Assembly (NCBI RefSeq): GCF_046156265.1
Contig: NZ_JAWDIR010000046.1
Span: forward strand, 91,358 to 131,357
Length of the DNA: 40,000 bases
Origin: Pseudoxanthobacter sp. M-2
GTDB taxonomy: Bacteria > Pseudomonadota > Alphaproteobacteria > Rhizobiales > Segnochrobactraceae
Direction of reading: 5' to 3'
This document shows positions 1 to 8,614 of the stretch, one piece after another. The notes under the pieces are model-generated. The model did not search any database and was not told where the DNA came from. It worked only from the letters and a program-made list of their open reading frames with translations. Position numbers and translations under genes: made by a program. The number at the start of each line of letters is the position of its first letter. The first letter of the stretch is position 1.

Positions 1-372
1 CCGCTCGCGGTCGGTCACGTCGGCGGCCGGTTCTCCGCCGAACTCTCGCGCGCGGGCGAAGCCGCGATGATCGATCTCGGGCGTGCCGCCCTCGCCGACA
101 TCTTCGGAAGCGGCATCGCCCGGCGGATCGTTGCCGCCACCGTCACCACGTGGTCGGAGGACCCGGACATCGGTGGCGCCTACTCCAGCGCCCGGCCGGG
201 CAAGGCGGCGGCGCGCCAGCTGTTGACGCTTCCCGTCGGCGACCGCCTGCACCTCGCCGGCGAGGCCTCGGCCGGGCCGTTCTACTCCACCGCCCACGGC
301 GCGCATCTGTCTGGCCTCGCGGCGGCGGAGTGGGCGATCGGTCGCGTCGGAGAATCGCCGGCCGGCCGTTGA
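1..372 (+). CDS. FAD-dependent amine oxidase family protein, C-terminal fragment (5' end lies outside the window)
   Basis: Frame 1 is open from base 1 to the stop at 370-372. The C-terminus (TTWSEDPDIGGAYSS...HLAGEA...STAHGAHLSGLAAAEWAI) resembles the C-terminal FAD-binding segment of flavin amine oxidases. Third codon positions are strongly G/C. Confidence 0.7.
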   Translation, partial: PLAVGHVGGRFSAELSRAGEAAMIDLGRAALADIFGSGIARRIVAATVTTWSEDPDIGGAYSSARPGKAAARQLLTLPVGDRLHLAGEASAGPFYSTAHGAHLSGLAAAEWAIGRVGESPAGR

Positions 373-424
373 CGGGATGGGCCTTCGTGCCCATTTGCGG
401 CCGGGAACAGATCGGCGCCGTTCG

Positions 425-453
425 TTGAAAGGCCGGGGGGAAGCCCCTATAAC
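425..453 (+). promoter_or_regulatory. Candidate sigma70-type promoter for hflKC (TTGAAA-17 nt-TATAAC)
   Basis: TTGAAA at 425-430, an exact 17-nt spacer, then TATAAC at 448-453, about 90 nt upstream of the hflK ATG. Sequence match only; no transcript data. Confidence 0.35.
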
Positions 454-543
454 CGCGCTCTGCTCCGGACCCTGTCCGGGCCGCGGTCGAGGCTGAGAGA
501 CGCCGCGGTGCGGCACGGCACGGCCGACAGTTGAGGAGTGGGG

Positions 544-1752
544 ATGCCCTGGAGCAATCAGAACGGTGGCGGTCGCAAGGGTGGCGGCGGCCCATGGGGA
601 GCGGGTGGTGGCCCGTGGGGTAGTGGCGGTGGCGGTGGCGGCGGCGGCGGTGGTGGCGGCCCTTGGGGCAGCGGCCCGCAGCGTCCCGGCCCCGGTGGCG
701 GCGCCCCCGATCTGGAAGAGCTTCTGCGGCGCAGCCAGGATCGCCTGAAGCGCGCGCTGCCGGGTGGTGGCGGCTCGCTTGGTGTCAAGGGCCTGGCGAT
801 CGCCTTCGTCGCCATCGTTGTGCTGTGGCTGGCGACCGGCTTCTACCGCGTACAGCCGGGTGAAGTGGGCGTCGAGCTCGTGTTCGGCCGCTTCGTCGGC
901 CAGACGCAGCCGGGTCTCGATTACAACTGGCCCTATCCGATCGGCTCGGTCGAGACGCCGGACGTGCTGCGCGTGCGCGAAATCACGGTCGGCCTGCGCG
1001 AGAGCGAGGCGGCCCGCGGCACCCAGTCCGCCCGCGACGTTCCCGAAGAGAGCCTGATGCTGACGGGTGACGAGAACATCGTCGACGTCGACTTCAAGGT
1101 GTTCTGGCGGATCAACAACGCCCCCGACTTCCTGTTCAACATCCAGAACCCCGAGGGCACCGTGAAGGCGGTGGCCGAGGGCGCGATGCGCGAGGTGGTC
1201 GGCCGCAACAACATCCAGCGCGTCCTCACCGACCAGCGAGAGCGCATCCAGATCGACGTGCAGACGCTGATGCAGACCGTCCTCGACGGCTACGGCGCCG
1301 GCATCGAGATCACGCAGGTGCAGATGCTGACGGTAGATCCGCCACAGCAGGTCATCGACGCATTCCGTGACGTGCAGGCGGCCCGCGCCGACCAGGAGCG
1401 CGTGCAGAACGAGGCGCAGGCCTACGCCAACCGGGTGATCCCGGAAGCGCGAGGCGAGGCGGCGCGCATCCTCGAAGGCGCTGCCGGTTACCGTGACCGG
1501 ACCATCGCCGAAGCGCGCGGTCAGGCCGACCGCTTCATCAAGATCTACGAGCAGTACGCCGAGTCGCCGGCGATCACCCGCGAGCGCATCTATCTGGAGA
1601 CGATGGAGCAGGTGCTGGGCAAGACCGACAAGATCATCATCGACGGCAGCATGGGCGGCTCCGGTGTCGTGCCCTACCTGCCGCTCGACCGGCTGGACCG
1701 CGGTGCGCCGACGGCGCAGCCGGCCGCCCCGCGCAATGGGAGCCAGCCATGA
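544..1752 (+). CDS. hflK: FtsH protease modulator HflK (SPFH/band-7 domain) with a Gly-rich N-terminus
   Basis: GAGGAG at 533-538 lies 5 nt before the ATG at 544; the track's GTG at 538 sits inside the SD. Has a transmembrane segment and an SPFH domain (ESLMLTGDENIVDVDFKVFWRI...; VIDAFRDVQAARADQER). The stop overlaps the hflC start (ATGA). Confidence 0.9.
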   Translation: MPWSNQNGGGRKGGGGPWGAGGGPWGSGGGGGGGGGGGGPWGSGPQRPGPGGGAPDLEELLRRSQDRLKRALPGGGGSLGVKGLAIAFVAIVVLWLATGFYRVQPGEVGVELVFGRFVGQTQPGLDYNWPYPIGSVETPDVLRVREITVGLRESEAARGTQSARDVPEESLMLTGDENIVDVDFKVFWRINNAPDFLFNIQNPEGTVKAVAEGAMREVVGRNNIQRVLTDQRERIQIDVQTLMQTVLDGYGAGIEITQVQMLTVDPPQQVIDAFRDVQAARADQERVQNEAQAYANRVIPEARGEAARILEGAAGYRDRTIAEARGQADRFIKIYEQYAESPAITRERIYLETMEQVLGKTDKIIIDGSMGGSGVVPYLPLDRLDRGAPTAQPAAPRNGSQP

Positions 1753-2774
1753 GGTTCGGCGTCATCGGCATCGTCGTCGCCGCCGTCCTGGCGGTGCTCG
1801 CCTACGGCTCGCTGTTCATCGTCTATCCAACCCAGCAGGCCCTCGTGCTGCAGTTCGGTGAGGTCAAGCGCCCCATCACCGAGCCCGGCCTCTATTTCAA
1901 GGCGCCGTTCATCCAGAACGTCGTCTATCTCGACAAGCGCATCCTCGACCTCGACGTGAACTCGCTGGAGGCGATCGCCTCCGACCAGAAGCGCCTCGTC
2001 GTCGACGCCTTCGCCCGCTACCGCATCGACAATCCGGTGCTGTTCTTCCAGACCGTGAACAATGTCCAGGAAGGCAGCCGGAGGCTCGCGACGTTCGTGC
2101 AGTCGGCGGTGCGCGCGGTGCTGGCCGATACCACCTTCATCTCGGTGGTGCGCGACAGCCGTCCGCAGCTGATGGAGCGCATCCGCAGGGACGTCGAGGC
2201 CCGCGCCGAGGGCATCGGCATCAAGGTGGTGGACGTGCGGCTTCGCCGCGCCGACCTGCCGGAGGCGAACAGCCAGGCGATCTTCCGCCGCATGCAGACG
2301 GAGCGCCAGCGCGAGGCGACCGAGATCCGCGCCCAGGGCGAGGAGGCGGCCCGCCGCATCCGCGCCACCGCAGAGCGCCAGGCGATCGTCATCACCGCCG
2401 AGGCGAACCAGGAATCGGAGACGATCCGAGGCGATGGCGACAGCCAGCGCGGCCGCATCTTCGCCGAGGCCTATGGTCGGGATCCGGAGTTCTTCGCGTT
2501 CTTCCGCTCGATGCAGGCCTATGGCGCGACGCTCGCCGACGACGGCACGCGCTTCGTCATCTCGCCGGACACCGAGTTCTTCCGCTTCCTGAACGATCCG
2601 TCGGGATCGATCATGGCGGAGCCGGCGGCGCCGGTCACTCCGTCGGCGCCGTCGACGCCGGGTGACGCGGCGGCGACGCCGGGTGATGCGGCGGCTGCTC
2701 CGGCGGCGGCCGTGCCTGCGGCTGCCGAGCCGGCGGTGCCGGCCGAGCCGACGGCGACCGCCGCGGGGCAATGA
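1749..2774 (+). CDS. hflC: FtsH protease modulator HflC (SPFH domain) with an Ala/Pro-rich C-terminal tail
   Basis: N-terminal transmembrane segment and SPFH domain (LVVDAFARYRIDNPVLFFQTV; RRMQTERQREA). Translationally coupled to hflK upstream and to the DUF2065 gene downstream. Confidence 0.9.
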   Translation: MRFGVIGIVVAAVLAVLAYGSLFIVYPTQQALVLQFGEVKRPITEPGLYFKAPFIQNVVYLDKRILDLDVNSLEAIASDQKRLVVDAFARYRIDNPVLFFQTVNNVQEGSRRLATFVQSAVRAVLADTTFISVVRDSRPQLMERIRRDVEARAEGIGIKVVDVRLRRADLPEANSQAIFRRMQTERQREATEIRAQGEEAARRIRATAERQAIVITAEANQESETIRGDGDSQRGRIFAEAYGRDPEFFAFFRSMQAYGATLADDGTRFVISPDTEFFRFLNDPSGSIMAEPAAPVTPSAPSTPGDAAATPGDAAAAPAAAVPAAAEPAVPAEPTATAAGQ

Positions 2775-2956
2775 GCGACCTTCTGGTCGCGATCGGCCTC
2801 GTGCTGGCGATCGAGGGAACGCTCTACGCGTTGGCGCCGCAATCGCTGAAGGCGATGATGCGCGCCGTGCTCGATCTTCCCGACGCGCAACTGCGCGTCG
2901 CGGGCGTAGGGGCGCTGGCTGTCGGGGTGCTGGTGGTATGGTTCGTGCGTGGCTGA
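2771..2956 (+). CDS. DUF2065-like small two-helix membrane protein
   Basis: 61 aa with two hydrophobic helices (MSDLLVAIGLVLAIEGTLYALAP...VAGVGALAVGVLVVWFV). Start overlaps the hflC stop (ATGA). This small gene follows hflKC in many proteobacteria, from my recollection. Confidence 0.7.
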   Translation: MSDLLVAIGLVLAIEGTLYALAPQSLKAMMRAVLDLPDAQLRVAGVGALAVGVLVVWFVRG

Positions 2957-3008
2957 CGCCGCAGGTGGCGGCAGCGCTGCGCCGCGCCACGAGGAATGGA
3001 GACCGACG

Positions 3009-4535
3009 ATGACGCAGTTCTTTCGCCCCCGGGCGATGACAGGGGTGGCGTTGGCCCTCGTGCTGTCCGCCACGGCGGGCACGCCGCTGGCGATGGCACA
3101 GGATCAGGCGCCTGCCCAGGGACTGCCGCAGACGCCGGCGCTGTCGCAGACACCGCGCGGGGTACAGGGGCCGGAGTCGGTCGCCGACCTCGCCGAGGGG
3201 CTGCTCGACGCGGTCGTCAACATCTCGACCTCGCAGCGCGTCGAGGGGCGGCGGTCGGTTCCGATCCCGCAGGTGCCGGAAGGCTCGCCCTTCGAGGAAT
3301 TCTTCGACGAGTTCCTGAACCGCCAGGACCAGGGCCAGGACAACCAGCCGCGCCGGGTGCAGTCGCTCGGCTCGGGCTTCGTCATTGACCCGAGCGGCAT
3401 CATCGTCACCAACAACCACGTCATCGAGGGCGCCGACGAGATCACCGCCAACTTCTCGGACGGCAGCAAGCTCAAGGCCGAGCTGATCGGCACCGACAAG
3501 AAGACCGACCTCGCGGTGCTGAAGGTCAGCCCCGAGAAGCCGCTCGTGGCGGTGCCGTTCGGCAATTCGAACGAGATCCGCGTCGGCGACTGGGTGATGG
3601 CGATCGGCAACCCGTTCGGCCTTGGCGGCACGGTGACGGTCGGCATCGTCTCGGCGCGTAACCGCAACATCAACGCCGGCCCGTATGACGACTTCATCCA
3701 GACGGACGCGGCGATCAACCGGGGCAATTCCGGAGGCCCGCTGTTCGACATGGAAGGCCGTGTCGTCGGCATCAACACGGCGATCATCTCGCCCTCGGGC
3801 GGCTCGATCGGCATCGGCTTCGCCATTCCGGCCAACATCGCGACCTCCGTGATCGCGCAGCTGCGGCAGTTCGGCGAGACCCGCCGCGGCTGGCTCGGCG
3901 TTCGCATCCAGGAGGTCACCGACGACATCGCCGAGAGCCTGTCGATGCCGAAGGCGTCGGGCGCGCTGGTGGCCGGCGTCACCGAGGGCGGACCCGCCGC
4001 AGCCGCCGGGCTCGAGCCGGGCGACGTCATCGTCACCTTCGACGGCCGCGAGGTGCCGGAGATGGACGACCTGCCGCGGATGGTCGCCGACACCGCGATC
4101 GGCAAGGCCGTCGATGTCGAGGTGCTGCGCAAGGGCGAGCGCAAGACGATCAAGGTCGAGCTCGGCCGCCTCGAGGACGGCGAGACGGCAGCCGCCAGCC
4201 CCGCCTCCACCACGCCTGCAGAGCCCGCGGCACCGACTGCCGTGCTCGGGCTGAAGCTGTCGGAGCTGACGCCGGCGCTGAAGGAGCAGTTCAAGCTCGC
4301 CGACACCGTCAAGGGCGTCGTGGTCACCGAGGTCGACCCGGCGAGCGCAGCCGCCGAGAAGCGCATCCAGGCCGGCGACGTCATCGTCGAGGTCGCCCAG
4401 GAGGCGATCACGACGCCGGCCGATGTCGCCGCCAAGGTGGACGCGCTGAAGAAGGACGGCCGCAAGTCGGCGTTGTTCCTGCTCTCCAACGCCTCCGGCG
4501 AAGTGCGCTTCGTCGCGGTGCGTATCGACGGCTGA
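3009..4535 (+). CDS. DegP/DegQ/HtrA-family periplasmic serine endoprotease with two PDZ domains
   Basis: ATG at 3009 is preceded by GGAG (2996-2999). Signal peptide (ALALVLSATAGTPLAMAQ). Catalytic triad context is present (TNNHV; DLAVLK; GNSGGPLF), followed by two PDZ-like segments. The track's N-terminal extension from 2949 overlaps the DUF2065 gene. Confidence 0.9.
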   Translation: MTQFFRPRAMTGVALALVLSATAGTPLAMAQDQAPAQGLPQTPALSQTPRGVQGPESVADLAEGLLDAVVNISTSQRVEGRRSVPIPQVPEGSPFEEFFDEFLNRQDQGQDNQPRRVQSLGSGFVIDPSGIIVTNNHVIEGADEITANFSDGSKLKAELIGTDKKTDLAVLKVSPEKPLVAVPFGNSNEIRVGDWVMAIGNPFGLGGTVTVGIVSARNRNINAGPYDDFIQTDAAINRGNSGGPLFDMEGRVVGINTAIISPSGGSIGIGFAIPANIATSVIAQLRQFGETRRGWLGVRIQEVTDDIAESLSMPKASGALVAGVTEGGPAAAAGLEPGDVIVTFDGREVPEMDDLPRMVADTAIGKAVDVEVLRKGERKTIKVELGRLEDGETAAASPASTTPAEPAAPTAVLGLKLSELTPALKEQFKLADTVKGVVVTEVDPASAAAEKRIQAGDVIVEVAQEAITTPADVAAKVDALKKDGRKSALFLLSNASGEVRFVAVRIDG

Positions 4536-4636
4536 GCCGCGCACGCCACCGGCCGCCGGCGCGCTTCGCCCAATGGCGGGTTGCGCCGGCGCGGGGTTCC
4601 GGGCTGAGATGACGACTTCACCCTGACCCGGAGCCG

Positions 4637-5962
4637 ATGATGGCGAACTACGCGAATTTCGGCGGCCTCGTGGGCGCGTGCATCACCGGCGTGGCGCACT
4701 TCCTCACCGACCTGCGCAAGGGCCCGGCGCTCGCCGAGGAGGCGGGCTACGGCGCGGCGCCGAACCTGCCGAAGCCGAAGCCGACGCTGATCCCGATCAT
4801 GAAGATCGCCCCGGCCGTCGGCTGGCCGCCCGGCCGCAAGCCGAAGCCGGCCCCGGGCTTCACGGTCGAGGCCTTCGCCGGCGAGCTCGAGCATCCGCGC
4901 TGGGTCTACGAGCTGCCGAACGGCGACATCCTCGTCGCCGAGACGGCGGCGCCGCCCTCGAAGGCCACGGGCTTCAGCCTGCGCTGGTGGGCGCAGGGCT
5001 TCGTGATGACGCGTGCCGGCTCAGGCGTGAAGAGCGCCGACCGCATCACGCTCCTGCGCGACGCCGACGGCGACGGCGTCGCCGAGGTGAAGCTCCCCTT
5101 CCTCGAGCACCTGCACTCGCCGTTCGGCATGGCGCTCGTCGGCGACACGCTCTACGTCGCCAACGCCGATGCCGTCGTGCGCTTCCCCTACGAGGCGGGC
5201 ACCACCCGCATCACCGCTGCGCCGGTGAAGGTCTGCGACCTGCCGGCCGGGCGCAACCATCACTGGACGAAGAGCCTCGTCGCCAACAAGGCCGGCACGA
5301 AGCTCTATGTCGGCGTCGGCTCCAACTCCAACGTCGCCGAGTTCGGCATGGAGGAGGAGGAGATGCGCGCCAACATCCTCGAGGTGGACATCGCCTCGGG
5401 TGCCGTGCGCGTCTTCGCCGGCGGCCTGCGCAATCCGGTCGGCATGGACTGGAACCCGGTGACGGGCGAACTCTGGACCAGCGTCAACGAGCGCGACGAG
5501 ATCGGCGACGACCTCGTGCCCGACTACATGACCTCGGTGAAGGACGGCGCCTTCTACGGCTGGCCCTACAGCTACTGGGGGCAGGTGGTCGACGAGCGGG
5601 TGAAGCCGCAGCGTCCGGACCTCGTCGCAAAGGCCCTGAAGCCGGACTATGCGCTCGGCTGCCACACCGCCTCGCTCGGCCTCTGCTTCGTCGACGACGA
5701 CCGCTTCGGGGCGCGCTTCCGGAACGGCGCTTTCATCGGCCAGCACGGCTCGTGGAACCGCAATCCGCCGTCGGGCTACCGCGCGATCTTCATTCCCTTC
5801 GAGAACGGTGTCCCGGCGGGGCCGCCCGAGGAGATCCTCGGCGACTTCCGGGTGGACGGGAAGGCGCTCGGCCGGCCGGTCGGCGTCATCGTCGACCGCC
5901 GCGGCGGGCTCCTCGTCGTCGACGACGTCGGCGACTGCATCTGGCGCGTCACCCAGGCCTGA
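4637..5962 (+). CDS. PQQ-dependent sugar (sorbosone/glucose) dehydrogenase family protein, beta-propeller
   Basis: N-terminal hydrophobic anchor. Motifs typical of the sorbosone dehydrogenase family: LPNGDILVAE, LYVANADAVVRFPY, GRNHHWTKSL, LYVGVGSNSNV, GLRNPVGMDWNP, LWTSVNERDEIGDDLVPDY, GAFYGWPY. Confidence 0.8.
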   Translation: MMANYANFGGLVGACITGVAHFLTDLRKGPALAEEAGYGAAPNLPKPKPTLIPIMKIAPAVGWPPGRKPKPAPGFTVEAFAGELEHPRWVYELPNGDILVAETAAPPSKATGFSLRWWAQGFVMTRAGSGVKSADRITLLRDADGDGVAEVKLPFLEHLHSPFGMALVGDTLYVANADAVVRFPYEAGTTRITAAPVKVCDLPAGRNHHWTKSLVANKAGTKLYVGVGSNSNVAEFGMEEEEMRANILEVDIASGAVRVFAGGLRNPVGMDWNPVTGELWTSVNERDEIGDDLVPDYMTSVKDGAFYGWPYSYWGQVVDERVKPQRPDLVAKALKPDYALGCHTASLGLCFVDDDRFGARFRNGAFIGQHGSWNRNPPSGYRAIFIPFENGVPAGPPEEILGDFRVDGKALGRPVGVIVDRRGGLLVVDDVGDCIWRVTQA

Positions 5963-5972
5963 GCGGCGGCGG

Positions 5973-7160
5973 CTACGTCGTCTCGGTCGGGTCTTCGCCG
6001 ACCGGGACGGCCATCGCCTCGGGGCGCCGGGCGGCTTCCGCCAGACGGGCGGCGAGCGCCGGCCAGCGGCCGGTCAGGACGTTGAGATCGGCCTCCGGGA
6101 TCATCAGTAGCCGCACGCGCGTGGTCGCCCTGACCAGGAGGGCGCTGCGCTCGGCCTCCGGCGTCAGGAAGGCGCCGAAAGCCGAGCCGGGCGGGCGATT
6201 GTCGCGACCGGCGGGGCTCTCGATCTCGACCGTGCCGGCGGCCGTGACATAGAGCGAGGTCGCCGGTTCGCCGCGCCGGAGGATCAGGTTGCCGGCGTCG
6301 AAGGACTGCGCTCGGACCACCGCCAGCACCTCGCCGATGATCGCCGGCGAGAGACCGGCAAACAGCGGCAGCCGGGCGAGCGTCGCCCAGTTCACCACGA
6401 AGCCGCGGCGGCGGATCACCTCGGCGAACGAGGTCGCGACGATGGCGATCGGCAGCGCCAGCACGATCAGGCCGGCGACCATCGTCATGGCGCCGATCAT
6501 CCGGCCGAGCGGCGTCTGCGGGACGACGTCGCCGTAGCCGACCGTCGTCAGCGTCACGATCGCCCACCACATCGCCGCCGGGATCGAGCCGAACGCCGCC
6601 GGCTGGTTGTCGCCCTCGGTGATGTAGAGCAGCGTCGCCGCCGTGATCACGGCGACGAGCAGCACGAACAGGCACGAGATCAGCGTGTGGCGTTCGGCAT
6701 AGATCGCCTCGAACAGCGCCGTGATGCCGGTCGAGTAGCGCAGCAGCTTGAAGATCCGCAGCAGCCGCAGCAGCGCCAGTGTGCGCAGGTCGACGGAGAA
6801 CAGCCGCGCGATGATGAACGGCAGGATGGCGATGAGGTCGATGAGGGCGCTCGGCGAGCGCAGGAACCGCCAGCGCGCGCGCATCGCCGGCATCTCGCTG
6901 TAGCGCGGATCCTCGACGCTGACCCAGATGCGCACGGCGTACTCGATGGCGAAGATGACGAACGACACCGCCTCGACGCCGCGGAAGATGAGGGCGTGCT
7001 CGCCGGTCTGGAACTGCGGCAGCGTCTCGATGATGGCGAAGCCGACATTGATGACGATGGTGGCGATGATGACGAAGCGCGTCACCAGCGTGACGGGGTC
7101 GCGCGTGTCGTCGCCCTCGAGGATCTCGTAGAGCCTTCGTCTCAGTGTCACGCGCCTCAT
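5973..7160 (-). CDS. MloK1-like potassium channel: 6-TM ion-transport domain with TVGYGD filter plus a C-terminal cyclic-nucleotide-binding-like domain
   Basis: S4-like LRLLRIFKLLRY. K+ selectivity filter TLTTVGYGD. The C-terminal beta-roll resembles a CNB domain (RRGEPATSLYVTAAGTVEI...FGAF...ERSAL). Confidence 0.85.
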   Translation of the reverse strand: MRRVTLRRRLYEILEGDDTRDPVTLVTRFVIIATIVINVGFAIIETLPQFQTGEHALIFRGVEAVSFVIFAIEYAVRIWVSVEDPRYSEMPAMRARWRFLRSPSALIDLIAILPFIIARLFSVDLRTLALLRLLRIFKLLRYSTGITALFEAIYAERHTLISCLFVLLVAVITAATLLYITEGDNQPAAFGSIPAAMWWAIVTLTTVGYGDVVPQTPLGRMIGAMTMVAGLIVLALPIAIVATSFAEVIRRRGFVVNWATLARLPLFAGLSPAIIGEVLAVVRAQSFDAGNLILRRGEPATSLYVTAAGTVEIESPAGRDNRPPGSAFGAFLTPEAERSALLVRATTRVRLLMIPEADLNVLTGRWPALAARLAEAARRPEAMAVPVGEDPTETT

Positions 7161-7308
7161 CCCCCGCCCGGTACGCGGTGCGACGGTGGCGCGCCGGATG
7201 GCGGCGGGTCAAGCGGCGGACGCGGGGCGATCACGTTTGCCACCCGGCTTGCGCCGGCCGGGCGGGTGGAGGAAGGTCGGGGCGATTCCATGAACGGGGC
7301 GGCAGACG

Positions 7309-8460
7309 ATGACGGAGCGGACGATCGCGATCCTCGAGAAGCTCGTCTCGTTCGACACCACCAGCCGCAACTCGAACCTCGAGCTGATCGACTGGGTGGA
7401 GGCCGAACTCGCCGCGCAGGGCCTGTCGTCGGTGCGCACCTACGACGATGCCGGCGTCAAGGCGAACCTCCTCACCACCATCGGGCCGACCGAGGCGCCC
7501 GGTTTCGTGCTCTCCGGCCACACCGACGTCGTGCCGGTGGACGGCCAGGCGTGGACGAGCGACCCGTTCCGGCTGACGCGGCGCGGCGATCGCCTCTACG
7601 GACGCGGCGCCTGCGACATGAAGGGCTTCCTGGCGAGCTGCCTCGCCGGCGTGCCGCGGATGCTGGAACGGCCGCTGGCGCGCCCCATCCACATCGCCTT
7701 CTCCTATGACGAGGAGGTCGGCTGCCTCGGCGTGCCGCGGCTGATCGCGCGGATGGGCGAGGCGGGTCTGGCGCCGGCGGCGTGCTTCGTCGGCGAGCCG
7801 ACCAGCATGCAGGTGGTGGTCGCCCACAAGACGAAGGTGAGCTACCGCGCCGTCGTCACCGGCAAGTCGGTGCACTCGGCGCTGGCGCCGCAGGGCGTCA
7901 ATGCCGTCGACTATGCCGCACGGCTCGTTGTCCACCTCAACGAGATCGGCCGACGGCTCGCGGCCGGGCCTTCGGACGCTCTGTTCGACGTGCCGGTGTC
8001 GACCGCCCACACCGGCGTGATCGCCGGTGGCACGGCGCTCAACATCGTGCCAGAACACTGCGAATTCCTGTTCGAGTTCCGCACCTTGCCGGATGTCGAC
8101 GTCGACGCCCTCGTGGCCGAGGTGGCAGCCTACGCCCGCGACGTGCTGGAGCCGGAGATGCGGGCGGTCGATCCCGCGACCGGCATCCGCCTCGAGTGGC
8201 TGTCGGGCTTTCCAGGCCTCGACACCACGCCGGAGGCCGAGGTGGTCGGGCTCGCCAAGCGCCTCGCCGGCCGCAACGACCACGGCAAGGTGGCCTACGG
8301 GACGGAGGCCGGGCTGTTCTTCGCCGCCGGCGTGCCGACGGTGGTGGTGGGGCCGGGCTCGATCGAGCAGGCCCACAAGCCGGACGAGTACATCGAGGTC
8401 GGAGAGCTCGCGCGCTGCGACGCCTTCGTCGACCGGCTGATCGACCACTGCGCCGCCTGA
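7309..8460 (+). CDS. argE: Acetylornithine deacetylase (M20 peptidase family)
   Basis: N-terminus ILEKLVSFDTTSRNSNLELIDWV. Metal-binding contexts SGHTDVVPV, GRGACDMKG and YDEEVGC. C-terminus GPGSIEQAHKPDEY. This is the typical ArgE pattern. Confidence 0.8.
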   Translation: MTERTIAILEKLVSFDTTSRNSNLELIDWVEAELAAQGLSSVRTYDDAGVKANLLTTIGPTEAPGFVLSGHTDVVPVDGQAWTSDPFRLTRRGDRLYGRGACDMKGFLASCLAGVPRMLERPLARPIHIAFSYDEEVGCLGVPRLIARMGEAGLAPAACFVGEPTSMQVVVAHKTKVSYRAVVTGKSVHSALAPQGVNAVDYAARLVVHLNEIGRRLAAGPSDALFDVPVSTAHTGVIAGGTALNIVPEHCEFLFEFRTLPDVDVDALVAEVAAYARDVLEPEMRAVDPATGIRLEWLSGFPGLDTTPEAEVVGLAKRLAGRNDHGKVAYGTEAGLFFAAGVPTVVVGPGSIEQAHKPDEYIEVGELARCDAFVDRLIDHCAA

Positions 8461-8614
8461 CGCAGCGGCTGATCCGATTGGCGGTTTTCGCGTAGGGAAG
8501 GTGTGTGCGGTGCGATAGAGTGTACGGACCGCCTGTCCCAGCGGCCCGCAGCCTCTCGTTCTGCCGGCACTGCACCCTCGGCGCCGTCGGCCGCCGACCG
8601 AACCGGAGTACCGT

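Noticed and set aside
565-675. Short tandem GGC/GGT repeats, and similar Ala/Pro-coding repeats at 2620-2774 and 8789-8900, checked as possible CRISPR or VNTR arrays
   Set aside because: They are in-frame low-complexity coding segments of hflK, hflC and the adaptor gene. There is no repeat-spacer architecture, and no cas genes are present anywhere in the window.
1674-4544. 956-aa ORF on the minus strand spanning hflC, the DUF2065 gene and degP
   Set aside because: It is antisense to three genes with clear family motifs. The translation is Arg/Gly/Asp/Ala-rich low complexity with no recognisable domain. This is the typical stop-codon-poor shadow frame of a ~70% GC genome.
4678-7212. Off-frame ORFs 4678-6252 (+, 524 aa) and 5776-7212 (-, 478 aa)
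   Set aside because: These are alternative frames of the sorbosone-dehydrogenase-like and K+ channel genes. The translations are extremely Arg/Pro/Gly-rich, whereas the chosen frames carry specific family motifs (TVGYGD; GLRNPVGMDWNP).
7244-7260. TGCCACCCGGCTTGCG upstream of argE, resembling a sigma54 -24/-12 element
   Set aside because: The near-invariant GG of the -24 box is GC here. argE has no known RpoN dependence that I am aware of, so this is most likely chance in GC-rich DNA.
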